DNA from: Macrostomum lignano | Lineage: Eukaryota | Reading direction: 5' to 3' | Length of the DNA stretch: 62,014 nt | NCBI GenBank assembly: GCA_002269645.1 | Contig: NIVC01004064.1 | Span: forward strand, 1 to 62,014 | Part shown: positions 35,851 through 48,643 of the stretch, in pieces | How the letters are laid out: each line of letters starts with the position of its first letter | How positions within the stretch are numbered: the first letter of the stretch is position 1 | Position numbers and translations under genes: made by a program | Notes under the pieces: generated by a model | What the model was told of the DNA's origin: nothing | What the model saw: the letters and a program-made list of their open reading frames with translations, nothing else | The model's database searches: none

Positions 35851-37059
35851 CCACCTCCAATCTCAGGCCCTGACAGGGTAGAAAGGACTGAACAAAGTCA
35901 ATTTAGTTGGATTGCCGATATTTCGAATTAGGTTAATTTTTCGTAAGGGCTGGAAGCGTGTAAAAATTATTTGGCGCGAATTGCCGTCAATATATAAAGG
36001 CGATATCGACACGGAGAGACGATCGACAAATGCATGGGTGGCTCAAGCACTTAAAACAGTACGCAAGGCCAGTACAGTAAAACGAGTCTGAGACTAAGAG
36101 AAATGCGGAAGGGTGACTAGAACTGTACAAGTGGGCCTAAACGACCTTTAAGTGTAGGATAACAATTGTAAAAATAAAAGGCAAAATAAATAGACAAGGT
36201 AAATAAAAATTATCAAATGCTCAAAGCAAAAAATGCAGGTGCACCGTACACAGTGTCAGAAAAATGAATAAAAAATCTGAGAAAAAAAATAATCAAAATA
36301 AATCAAAGTAAAGCCAATGTAGAAAAAATCACAGAGGGGAAAAATAGCAGTAAAAGAGCCTTTGTACAGGCGTCAAAAGGGGCCTAGTTGGCAGGATCGA
36401 GCCGACTATGAGAGAGCAGGGTCCGGAGGCTTCTCCCCTTGGTGTAGGCGGGCAGCACCGGGGTCTCGCAGTGGCGTATCACCCTGTCCTTCACCTTGGC
36501 AGCCAGGGCGTCGGAGGTCGCACAGTGGGGCAGGATGAGCGGGATGGCCGGTTTGTGCAGTATGCCGGCAAGTTCGTTGGCGCCGTGTGGAACACGAGTC
36601 CTCAGGACCTCGATAAACTTGGCATCCTGGCGCTGACGCCGCTCGTCAGCTCTGGGTCCTGTGCCATCGCGTGTCCAGATGCCGGTGAAGGCGAAGTCCG
36701 TCAGACTGTGGCCACTGCTGATGAAGTGGTGCGCCACCGGAGTGTCGCGGGCGTGCCGGATGTCGCCGATGTGCGCCAGCATGCGACCGCGGATGCTGTT
36801 GGCGGTCTTGCCGACGTAGACCGTGTGGTCGCACCGGCGGCAGAACACGGCATAGACAGCGTTCGTGGCATTGCAGTCGATCCGCTGACTGATGATGAGC
36901 TGGACTGTCGTGGCTGCTGATCCGGGGCAGACGGAGGTGAACCTGGCGTGCGCCTGGCAGCGAAGCCGAACTCCCACCGTCTGGTCGGGTAGAAGCCCAG
37001 CTCTGTCAGCACGTCGTACTTGATGGTGCGGAAGGAAGCGCCGGCTGTAGCCTTGGTAG

Positions 37060-37060
<1 letters not shown>
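35848..37060 (-). mobile_element. 5'-truncated Penelope-like retroelement (GIY-YIG endonuclease) between AG microsatellites
   Basis: NAVYAVFCRRCDHTVYVGKT...RGRMLAH...VAHHF is a PLE-type GIY-YIG domain (37045-36384). U-rich 3' UTR ends in a degenerate hammerhead and ...GATTGGAGG then (CT)n. Confidence 0.85.
35914..35950 (-). ncRNA. Degenerate minimal hammerhead ribozyme in the PLE 3' end
   Basis: GCC CUUACGA A AAAUU-AACCU-AAUUC GAAA UAUC GGC: core G5 is changed to U and the stem II closing pair is mismatched. Confidence 0.55.

Positions 37061-37098
<38 letters not shown>
37061..37098. repeat. (AG)n microsatellite at the PLE 5' truncation point
   Basis: Direct reading. Confidence 0.95.
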
Positions 37099-37100
<2 letters not shown>

Positions 37101-38166
37101 GGGAAAATACGAGAGAAGAAGGAAGAGAGAAGAGAGGAAAAAAGAGAAGAGATTAGAGGAGAGAGAGAAGAGAGGAAACAGAAGAGAAGATTGACATTTC
37201 AACGGATCCAATGGACGTATGGAGAGTCAGAGGCAGAGGCCAGAGTTTTCCAATACATGTTCTAGAGTCAGACAGACATTGCCTGACATTCTGCGCAGCA
37301 CCCCAGCCAACAATATCAATATTTGCCTCAAATCCTAATTTTACACGAATTTACTCAATTTTATGTTTACCTCTATCCTAACTATTGACAAGTTTTCTTT
37401 GAGTATGACTTTAGACTTTAAAATACATGCAAAAAATGGTTCCGGGAATTGGAATTCCATGGGTTCAAAATCCGCGAGTTTCAACAGCTTTTTTTATATA
37501 ATAAATACCCCTTGAAGCTATAAGTATTTTATTTGGCTGGCATTTTTGTATTTTAAACAATAAAATAAAACCGATCGGTTTCTCTGAGAGAGTCTTGTTT
37601 TTAAAAACATAAAAATTATTGATTTCATTTTCGGCAATTAGAACTGAAAATACAGTAAAAGCGATATTACGAAAAAAAACGAGTGCAAAATTATGGTAGC
37701 CGCTAATGCGCACTTGTCTCTTTTGCGGCTTTGTGGAGGAATTAAACCTTCCGCCCACACCTTCAACGATGCAAGAAATTGTCATATCGGCCACCTGTTC
37801 GGAATGGACGAGTTATAAACACTCGGGACCTGATACCCTGAACTTTGCTTTTGGCGAGAGAAAAACGCAGCCCAAGAAAAACGCTCGTTCCATTGTTAGC
37901 TTGGATCCGCGATAGAGGCCTCACAACCTAACAAATCCGCATGGTGATGTCCCATGGCAGCTGTGAGCAAGGCAGTTAAATTCGCATCGAATAGCTAAAT
38001 ACTAGCGTGTCTAACACCATAAGCAACAAACACAAGAAAATAACAGCCCACAAGTTTGAGTCCACAAATTAAGTTCTCAATTATTGAGAACATTATTAAA
38101 ATTTTTACCAATCTCTCCAATAACACCCTTAGTGAGTTACTAAAATTCAAGGTTCACAATGCCGAT

Positions 38167-39261
38167 TCACTTCACTTCGAAGACGCTATTGTTGGAGTTC
38201 CCGCCGCACTTCTCGTTCGCGTTGCCGCCGCAAGCCACGCTGCAGTTGGCCTTCGCGGTGTCGCCGCTGTTTCCATACTCATTGCCGCAGCCACAGATTT
38301 TGCCGTTCTTAACGCCGAAGTAGGAAAACTTCTTGGCCTTGCAGATTTTATTGCACTTCCACACGGTCATGCGGTCGGACACCATGGCGACGGTGAAGTC
38401 CGGATACTCCGGGTCGTCCAGGTAGCAGCCAAGGAATTCTTTAGCAAGGGTATTATCAGATACAAAAGGCATTGGATCACTCCACAGTATAATGATATGC
38501 ACTAGACTTGAACCAAAGATTCAGTTCTTCGGCTCAAGACTCAAAGTTTGTCTAACTCCAGATTCGTTTACCTATGGTAGCCACCTTCAAGCCCGTTGTG
38601 TACACACTGTTTCTCCAGGCTGCACCGCAGTAAGTGGTCTTGTCGCCGCTGCACTGCATGCGGCACTCCGTGTTCGGTCTGATTCCGTATCTGCCATAGT
38701 GATTGCCGCAGAAGCAATGGTTGCCATATTGAACACCGAAGAACTTGTACTTGTGCTTTCGACAGAACCTGTAGCACTTGGGCACGCTCATGTGGCCTTT
38801 TGGAGCTTCGCGTCTCAGATCTTTGGTGACTTTGTCGACGAAGCAGCCGAGGTGTTTCATTTCCGGAGCTAAACATTGTAGAGATGAAATTAAATCAGAA
38901 ATATGCAGTGCTAAAAAATCTGACAAACAAGTAATTCTGCCAGTTTTTTTACTCAAAAACTTACTTGCCACCTTTCTAGTCTTGAGTCCGGTGCTGTAGA
39001 TGGAGTTCCTCCACGGTCCGCCGCACTTCTCTCGCATGTCGCCTTTGCACGGAATATTACATTGCTTGTTGCTGACTCGACCCAGAGAGCCGTAGCTATT
39101 GCCGCAGGTGCAGTAACTGGCGTATTGCAGACCGGCGTACTTGTAGCCAGCATGCTTGCACAGATTGATGCAGTAGTGGCTGTTGGCCTTCACCCCGACG
39201 TTCACTATCTTGGGCAGGTCGAGGGCTGCGTTGTCAATGTAGCAGCCAAGATAAGCCGAGC
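38167..39261 (-). CDS. Partial paralog with three WSC exons
   Basis: Exons closely match WSC1/3, WSC2/4 and WSC7 of the 30883-34991 gene. No signal exon found. Confidence 0.8.
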
Positions 39262-40003
39262 CTGTGGATAAAAATCATAGTTTTCGTCCGTGTTGGTCTT
39301 CTTATCCAATTGGGTAACTTAGGAAACCAAATGCTGCTTTGGGGATTTGAGATTTCAGCTCTCTCTTAGAGCGTGCAACCAAACCAATCATGCCACAGTT
39401 TATCCGGGTTTTATCCATTACACCTGTATCCTTTCACGGAGGTGAGGGTAGATTAGCTAGGGTTTTTGCTTTCGTTGAGTTTTAAGAATAAGCGAGTGCA
39501 GTCATTGAGTATTTTTTTTCAGATGCGCCCGCAGCTTCTCTCCTCCTTCAGATCCTGGATTGTGCACGCGCTGCGTTCATTACTCCTTTTGTCTCGCCGG
39601 TCAGCTCGACTGGTTTGCTCAACTCGCCGCCTCGCTCCTGTCTTCTGTCTGGAATGGTCGGTGGCTGCTATTGTCTTCTCTCGTTCTGTTGCCTTCCATT
39701 TTGGGCACTTTTCTTACCTATTCGCTTCATATTTTTGTATATGCTCATACTCTACTCTGGCCCCGCCTCGCTTACCACTCCTCGGCTTTGCTTCTTGATG
39801 CGCCTCATTCTTGCCGATTTCTAAGCCTTCTATATCCTTCATAATGACAAGAGGCCCGCTGCCGCTCCCGAGTTTTGTTGAGCAAACTGCTTTTTCATTG
39901 GAAACTAGCTTCTGTGCGAGCATTAGCTGGACATTGGTCGTTTTTCTTTCCAGGTGGACGTTAAATTCGAAAAAATACTGTTAAGGCAAACAAACTGCCG
40001 ACT

Positions 40004-40545
40004 TTATTTGCACTTGTATAACGTCTTCACTTTGAAGACGCTGCGAGAGTTGTACGAGACGCACGCGTGACCGTCCACTGTGACCAAAAAGTTTGTGAGT
40101 CGATTATAACAGAAATCGAGTCTATTGAAGATATTGATCTCCTTGATGTGAGCCAGTTTCTTGGCCAGTCTTGTGAGTCTTGGCCATCTAACAGCCTTTA
40201 TGCTGCTTTCGTGTGAGAGCACGAGTGTCCCCAGTTAGTACTGGTTGGTGTTTCCATCGATGGCTCTGCTGCAGACACCCTTCCAGCCTCTCACTGAGAA
40301 CAATGGCTTAGAGGCAGCATATCTGCAACCGTTACATGTACAGGTAAGACAAAATATCTGATGACTATAGTAGCAAAGGGAGTAAAAAAACAGAGAAATG
40401 AGCTGCTTCGAGACTGACCGGCTCTCTTCCTTGGCTTGGTGTACTCTCCGAACACTTCGACCTTGCACAGAGTTAGCCACTTTTTCAGATTCGTCCTGAT
40501 GATCACATTCTGACCGATCTTGGCGTACTTAAATCTCTTCATTGA
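40004..40545 (-). pseudogene. F-type lectin (fucolectin) domain fragments with frameshifts and stops
   Basis: SRAIDGNTNQY, then after a shift WGHSCSHTK and IFNRLDFCYNRL (H...RxDxxxxR fucose-binding motif), and upstream GQNVIIRTNLKKWLTLCKVEVFG. Confidence 0.7.
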
Positions 40546-41688
40546 GAAAAACGGCGTTCAACCTACCGATTTTAGAACCAATTCAATTCAAGCTAATTTT
40601 TCATGTCTGGCCCTAAAATAAGTCTTATTTAGTAAGTTTTAAAAGATTACGACAAAACGACCACAGTACTAGAGTTGATAGGAAACGCGTACAATTAGTG
40701 TGCATGTACGATCTTTGTTGAATGTTTCAAATGTAGAACATGTCGAATATGTAAATTTCGAATCTCTAAATATCTAATATTAAGAGAAATTACTTAAGTC
40801 TCAATCGCTACAAATTGTACAGTTTCAGTAGTTTCTTACAGCGCATAAAAGCATAGGGCATAGCTAATTAAGAAGATCGTTGTTTCAGTGAGCAAATTAT
40901 AAGAAAATTCAATATTCAGTGTAATTTCGATCTTTTAAGAGTCACAGAAGGCCAAATAAAAGTCCGGTTTGACTGATGCCTGAGACCGTTGCAGTCATTC
41001 TAATTTTTTGTCGTAGTAGTTTAAAGATGAATATGCAGTCACAGCTAGTGGTGAGAGGTGAGAGTAAGAGAAAGCAACGGACCTAATGAGAAGTGGTGTA
41101 ACCTGAGTGACTGATTATAACAAGCTATTCTCAAATGATTCAATTTTTTAAAACGCAAAACTCACATCCCTGGATGTCGCATCAAAAAAGATTTGATTGC
41201 TTTTTTATTAGCTTGGCGGTGTACAGTGAGGTAATGAGCTCGGGATGTGGGACTTGGATAAGCTTGGACCATTTGGAATTTTGGCAGAGTTGAAGAAGCT
41301 TCACTTTCTTCTGCTGCGATAAAACTTGAATAGGCGCAGTAGTAGATCTTCAGAAAATCTCTTGAGTGCGTCCTCCCACGAATTGGTGTGGGCCCTTTTC
41401 AAACCATTATTTTCGCACTTTTTATCGGATTTTTTGACACAATTGCACCTCTCAGGTAGAGTGATGGCAATTAGTCCAACAGGTGTGCTATGGCCTGCTA
41501 CAAGCTACTATATTAAAAATAGAGATTCCCATCTAACATTCGATTTTTTTAGAAATGAAGGCGCATCGATAAAAGACTCAACTGTCTTAACACGGAGTCC
41601 GCCGGCTATCCCAGAAAGTGTGTTCTAAAGTGTGTCCTCACGGATATGTGTTCTATATTTCGGGAAATATTACAAATATTGAGACCAA

Positions 41689-43674
41689 ATGAAGGCTTTA
41701 CGCGCTGTCCAATGTTTTCTACTTTACGCTACGGGTGAGCTAATAAAACACAAAACAAATTGTCGTATTTTAACATTTCATATCTAAGGAGGTGCTATAA
41801 TCGCAGCTAAATTGACTTTACGGAAAATTTCAAGATTCATTTGTTTAAAACGTCAAAAAATACGTTTTGATATGCTACGCATTTGATACGCATACAGCAG
41901 ACGGAGGCACAGGTAGCATGACAGCCCACCTTGAACAACCATAGTTTCTAAAATTATTGCTTTCAGTGAGATGCTCTCACTGCCACCTCATGAGTCTGAC
42001 TGAAGCCGACGGACCCGTTGACCTCCGATCGAAGGCCAGACTCTCGGCCACCGTCATAAACATGTCGAGCCTGCTGACGGAAGCCGAATGCGCTGTGCGC
42101 TGTCGCCTCCTCGACTGCGCTGCCGCCGTCTTTGCTGTGAACTCGAGCCGGAGAGGATTTTGTCGGCTGGTTGTCGGCAACAACGAATCGGTCGGGTCGG
42201 CAAATGACCGGAGCAGCAAATCGGTTCTGATGATCAACTCGCCCGCCAGAGTGTGGCTCCGAGATGTTCGAGACAGTAGCATTTTCTTGGTAAAATTTTT
42301 CAAGCTTGAGTTTTCAACTGAGTCCATTTTATATTACGTTTTTTAAGTTCCTCGGTGGTGAGAAAGTCAGGACTGCTGTATTACCTGTGTGAGGTGTGCT
42401 TGCGTGCTCAGTCAGTGCGCCAAGAAGCCAGCAAAACGGGCATATCTGCTTGACTCCTCGCAGTGGCACTGCTCGAAAAAATCCCTTTCCGAAAACTAAT
42501 AAAATAACTGACAGCTCAAGTTTCAGCACGCCTGTCAAGCAGTTTTGATTCGATTGACTCAACTTGAAACCTAAAACTTTAACACACAAGTCACAGAGTA
42601 AATAAATCAACAAAAACAATGCAGACGTTGGCGCCTTGAAGTCGCTGGTGCCAAAGGTGGGAATTGTGGAAGCGGCTCAAAATTGGGAGGTCGTGGCGCC
42701 AAAGTGTCGGGCATCTTCAATTTGACGGTTGGCCTGCAGCTGAGCATCGCGGTGGGCCAGGCTGGCAGATCAACGGGTAGCTTAGGAGCAGCTGGCGGAG
42801 GCGGCGGCAGCTTCGTGTTCGTGAATGAAAGCTCTGCCAGGCTTCTGATTGGCATATTATTATCAGTTGTTAATAATATAGGAATGCAAAACCATCTCTT
42901 CCTTTCGTCAAACTACCAAGGATAGTTGTCGGCATACCCTGAATTTTTTTTTCTGCAACGTCTGTGTGAAGACCCAACGAAGTCAGAGCTGATGCAGACA
43001 CATTTGGTAGACTTGCTGATGAAACCGCTGGTAGAATCACAATTTGAATTTCAGAGCACTGTTGGGAGTTTTTTCCAACTCAGTGCACCTCTTTATACTG
43101 AAGTTTTCCTTTAAGATGTGATACGACAGTTGAATCACTTTAGTCGAGGTAAAATCTTTATAAACCCGTTTTTGCGTCAGGCAATCCGGGACTGGCCGGA
43201 CCCGATGGCGGCAACTCCACAGGCGCCGACAACAACGCCGCTCTGCGTGGCTACGGAGGCGCTGACGGAAATCCGGGACTCGCTTTGAACAGCAGCGACG
43301 TCATCAACGCTACGAGCTTCGGCGGCTGCGGCGCCGGCTGGCTGGGCAGGGCTGTCGCTCTCCGGCAAAACGACTACGATGGCGAGCCTGGTGGCAGCAA
43401 ATCCGAAAATTGGACTGGCGGCAGCGCAGCTGGTGGAACTAACGGTGACGGCGGTTTCGGCGGCGGCGGAGGCGGTGGCCGCCGTGACAACGAGCTGCCC
43501 GCGGCCGGCGCCGGCGGCTTCAGTGGAGGCGGCGCTGGACTCGGCGGAGGCCAGGCCGGCGGAGGTGGTGGCTCCTTCTGCTCAGCTGGCGGCACCTGCT
43601 CAGGCTCGACCGGAGGCAACTCGGACAGCAGGCATGGCTTTGTAGTGCTGCGTCTGTTGGGCGATGGGAGCTGA
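41689..43674 (+). pseudogene. Gene A: signal + PAN/Apple + ALK/LTK-like glycine-rich domain, probably disrupted
   Basis: Exon 41689-41734 (MKALRAVQCFLLYAT), PAN exon from 41967 (AECAVRCRLLDCAAAVF...CRLV), Gly exon ~42625-42851 that lacks the AAGGGGGA motif, last exon 43181-43674. Confidence 0.65.
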
Positions 43675-44511
43675 AACTGATGAGGCACAGAGTCTGTCTA
43701 ATACGATAATTTCTATAACACAAAAGTCAGGTAACCTAAAACGTCAAAATAAGCTTATGGTATCATATTTTCATCTATTTTCTTGAAACTATCTGATCAC
43801 CCGGTGAGTTAGCCAGTCAACGGAGTCACAGGGTAAAAAATCGACAAAAACAATGCAGACATTCTTATCCTTGTAGACATTGATAAGAATGAAATCTACG
43901 GCCGGATTTGATTTGTCCTTGTTCATTCATTTTACAGAATTTTGATTTTGTTCGAATTGCAATAACATCAACAAACTTTTGCTACTGACTATGAATTAAT
44001 TTCTTGACTGCACTCTAGTATGCTCGTAAAACTTAGTAAAACTTGCACTTCTTTACGAGCACCTATATTTACTGATTAAGTACTACAGAGTACCTTTTCT
44101 TCTTTTACTTTAACTCTAACAATACACAAGTCCATACAAACTACGTGTGTCTATTTATGGCTGTCCTAACGATGATAATAAACTAGTTAAATATAAAATC
44201 GATACTTTTTTAGTAAGAAATTACCTGCGCAGACTCTGAAGTCAAGACAGTGCTACCAAATGCAAGGCAAAGATGCCCCCAATTCCTAAAGTTCATAACA
44301 GCACTTAGCTATCTTAATTTAACCAGTAACAACGCATTTTTGGACAGCGTCTGCAGTTTCGTATTTGAATTTGATTTATTGATGTTCGGACAAGTGGTTG
44401 AGAATTTTCCACCGTATTATTCAGCCAATTATAAAGAATAGGAAAAGAATGTCGTCCGAAACCTACGACACGGGGTTGTCTTTTTTCCAATCCATGCTAT
44501 AATCAATCCAC

Positions 44512-45181
44512 TCAGTCGCAAGCGTCAACAAAAGGCACCAGTAGCCGAAACTTCACTCGGCCTTGGTCGCTGTCTAAGTTGCCGCCTTGAACGGTGCTGC
44601 AGTCGCTGCCACCGCAGAATGAGCCGCCGCCGCCGCCTCCCAGACCGGCGCTCACCGCGCCGCCGCCGCCGCTGTAGCCACCGCCGGCGCCACCGGCTCC
44701 ATAGGTGAGGCTCGACTCACCGCCGCCGCCTCCACCGCCGAAGCCGCCTCTGCCTGTGCCACCGTCGCCAGGCCTTCCGCCGATCCAGCCTTGGGCTCGG
44801 CTGCCGCCTCCTTCACCGTCATTCTTCGTCTCCTTCTTCGACTTGGTCTTGCCCAGCCAGCCGGCTCCGCATCCGCCGCTTGCCAACATCGAGTTGAGCA
44901 ACCCGCCAGAGCTGCTGAAGCCAGCTGCTCCGTTGGTGCCACCCTTGCCGCCTTTGGTGCTGCCGTAGGAATCGCTGCCGCTAGTTGTTGCGGAGCCCGG
45001 CTTGCCTGAGGATGAGTAGCAGTGTAGCAGGCAGCATTTTTTATTTGTAAATGAAGAAAGTACAAGCAGCCAGAGGCTTATTGGTAACGGGTCTAAACTT
45101 TGTCGTTTTTCTTATCTCATCTGTATGTCTGGTTTGGGGTTTGGTCGGGCTGCGCTAGCTGCTGGAAAGCGGGCTTGGTTT

Positions 45182-45245
<64 letters not shown>

Positions 45246-45536
45246 CCTGACGAAGAATTTCGTATTCGAAATATCGGCAACTAACTCTTTTTCACTTTTT
45301 TTGTTTGTCTTGTTGCTTTGCCGTGTCAGCGCCCTCGGGGATTGGAGGCTCTCCCTCTCTCTCCCTCTCTCCTTCCTCTCTCTCTCTCTATCTCTCTCAC
45401 TATCTCTCTCTCCCTCTCTCCCCCTCTCTCTCCCTCTCTCACTATCTCTCTATCTTACTATCTCTCTCTCTCCCCCTCTCTCTCTCTATCTCTCTCTCTC
45501 TCACTATCTCTCTCTCCCCCTCTCTCTCTCTCTATA

Positions 45537-45567
<31 letters not shown>

Positions 45568-45601
45568 CCCTCTCTCCCCCTCTCACTATCTCTCTCTCTC
45601 C

Positions 45602-45663
<62 letters not shown>

Positions 45664-45753
45664 CTCCCCCTCCCTCTCTCTCTCTCTATATCTCTCTCTC
45701 TCTCTCTCACTATCTCTCTCCCTCTCTCCCCCTCTCACTATCTCTCTCTCTCC

Positions 45754-45802
<49 letters not shown>

Positions 45803-45845
45803 CCTCCCTCTCACTATCTCTTTCTCCCTCTCTCTCTCTCTCTCA

Positions 45846-45904
<59 letters not shown>

Positions 45905-47177
45905 CATCACTTTCTGTCACGATCGAAACCTTTTTGAAAAGGGGAGTTGCTTAAGTTTTTCTTAGTCTAGTGTAGCGTAGTCGAGTGTATTGACTGCCGT
46001 CGTTATCCACACTACTACGACTACAAAGTGCGACTACAAAACACACCGTGTATCACCAACTAAAATAATGAATTTTTTGAAGAAAGCACCAAGCGTCCCT
46101 ACTACCAAAGCTCTGGGTGTCCTAACTAAAGTACTTCTCGCCTCAATACCAAATTACTAAATGTGAACCAAGGACTACTAAGTAGTTTTTGGTGTAAAAA
46201 CTGCCTAGCGTAAAATGAAAGTCTACTTGAACGTTGAGAATTTTACGTGGGTATCGGTGGTACCCACAGCCGAACAACTGACGGCTAGCCGTAGAACTCA
46301 CCGCGATTACTGTCGGCGGCACCTCCGCCCCCACCTGCGGCCAACAGCAGCTCGTCGTTACCGTCGTCGATTGTCCGGTACACAAAGCTGCCTCCGCCGC
46401 CGCCACCGCCGGCCCTGGCCTTGTTGGCCGCGCTACCAGCCTGACCGACCACAATGCTTAGCCGGATGCCAGCTGCCAAGATGTAGCTTCCCGCAGCAAG
46501 AGCGCCTGGCCCGCCTTTCTTACCGGTATTTGGATGTCCGCCGCCTCGAGCCCCGGCCGCTTCGATGCGGTAGCAGCCGGGCAGGCTGATCAGCGCCTCC
46601 TGGATGTCGCCGAAACGTCCGCGGCTCGTATCTGGAGGAAACAGGCATGTCCGTGATAGAAAACTATACATAAAAATGATTGTATTTCAAAATCGACCAA
46701 ATAATTGCCTCTTACTAATAAAAAGATAGTTCATCACGGAAAGCGCAATTCTGTCCTCAAAATCATTTATCTTCCAAGCCTGCGCGCCGACTTCACCACC
46801 GAGCAATTGATCAACGTGATGGCTTTGCGGACTCAGGGACTGCGATTCGTCATTGATGATCAACATCTGGCAGACGGTGGCAGCTTCGATGAAAGCGATA
46901 CCCGAACAGTTCCGCGATTGGCAGTTGAGTAGGCAGTCGATTTCGGACAATGCACCCGTTTTGTTGATTACTTCACTGCTTGTTGTGGCGTTCACAGAAA
47001 TCGGCTGAGTTGAAATTGAATACTCGGCAAGCGTAAGACTAGCATTGTCACAATGAGCGGCTGAAAATAATGAAAATTCGAGAACATTTGAAAAGTGGAA
47101 TTTGATATCAAATCAACCGTATTTTTATTCATACTCTCACCTTCGAAGAACAGTAGAATTAAGAGGTTATAAAGCAT
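44512..47177 (-). CDS. Gene B: secreted PAN/Apple + ALK/LTK-like glycine-rich protein (401 aa)
   Basis: Exons 47177-47141, 47060-46716, 46631-46302, 45005-44512; all GT-AG, phase 1, total 1206 nt. Motifs IQ...GCYRIEAAGARGG, SIVVGQAG, GGGGGSFV, LAAGGGGG, GGCGAGW, GGFGGGG, GGGGSFC. Confidence 0.88.
45182..45905. repeat. (CT)n-rich microsatellite tracts flanking a short PLE end
   Basis: Direct reading: 45182-45243 and ~45350-45905. Confidence 0.95.
45244..45278 (+). ncRNA. Minimal type I hammerhead ribozyme (Penelope-type)
   Basis: Stem I GCC/GGC; core CUGACGA; extra A; stem II GAAU-UUCGU-AUUC; GAAA; palindromic AUAU stem III; predicted cleavage after UC at 45275. Confidence 0.75.
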
Positions 47178-48643
47178 TTTCTCTTTTTAAATTCGGCAAA
47201 TTTTCGATCTACTGACAAAAACAGTTGACGCGATTCTTCATAAGTTGTGCGAGGTATTGGGGTGCCTTAGTCAAATGGTTATTTAAATAAAACTGGGGTT
47301 CTCGCATTGGCTCAGTTGATTGACGACAAAGAGTGGTTGGCAAGCCACTCGGCTGGTTACGCTCGTAGCAGTTTACATAGCAATTGTTGAAAAATGAAGC
47401 TGCACTATGAACGACCTACTGATGAAGCAATAAGGGTTTCTGTAACTGTCCACTTACAAGCTATTTTGACAAAAATTGAAGCACTTTGCAGACAACAGGT
47501 AAATGTAAAACTGTCCATATTAGATCTGGTATTGAGTGTGCATGCTACGCTCGCTGCATTTGATTCAGAGTGCTTCCGAAATATTGTTTGTTTTTAACAC
47601 CGAAGACTTCTTTCTGCCAGTTAAAATGCTGCCAGGTTCTGCCGAGGTTTATTTTACACAGATTAATGCCAATCATTCGGTGTAACCGACTAACATAGCA
47701 ACTAGAAAGCTGTTGAAGACACTCGGCATACTCAATGACACAGGTATTAATGAATCGATATTAAACTATCCATTTTCTAGTACATTTTCCAGCACGCATT
47801 GTGTCGATGTTGCTCGTAAAAATGAATTCTCGGAAGTTCTGTTCAACAAGAGATATTAAGATTGACAGCAGTACCGTCCACCGGACCAAGGTAATTAGCT
47901 CAAGGCCGACTCAACTAGAAGGACGGGAAATACGTTTCTTAAAAAAATTTAAGGGGGCTGGTTTTCGCCGAAAATTAACACACATGGAGATGAAAACTTC
48001 CCACTTTTTCAGAGAAGTGTTCCTTGATCGGGAAATATTTGCAGTTACTGAAATAATAAGTCAAGTAACTTCCAAGTATGAAACTGAGAATCATCTCCTT
48101 TCTTATCCCCTAAAAAAATAAAAATCCTCCTAATCTCTTCTAAAGCGCTCAAAAAGAACAATAGCGATCGTATGAGACAGGTTTGGGCCGTGGGACCGCT
48201 ATAAACTTAAAACACGTGCGCATGCGCAAACGAGAACAAAAGATTGGTGAACCTTTTTGCAGCCTAGCATCTCGTGGGAAATTTCTAGAACGTAGAAATA
48301 TTCTAAAGTTTTACCTATAAAAGATTAGCATTTTTGAAGACTTCTTTTTACCATTCCTACTTTTGAAATAAACTTTCAGCAAGCTGTTTATTGACTGGAA
48401 TTAAATGAAGATATACTACTTTGCTGTAGTCCTTTGGATTAACTTAGCAGGTAAGCTGTTAATGATCTCGGAATTCGAACAAGCGTATGATCCACTACTT
48501 AAATTTTTGAGCTACTAAAAATTACCAGTACATGAATTTTATCTTTTCAATTTTCTTCAGGAAGATGCGTTCTCTGTCATCTTATGAGTGCTTCGCACAC
48601 CCAGGGGACGATGCAGATTTGTAAAAAGATCAACATCTTAACA

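Noticed and set aside
47419-47445. CTGATGAAGCAATAAGGG resembling a PLE hammerhead start
   Set aside because: Lacks GAAA and stem closure; at most a decayed remnant.
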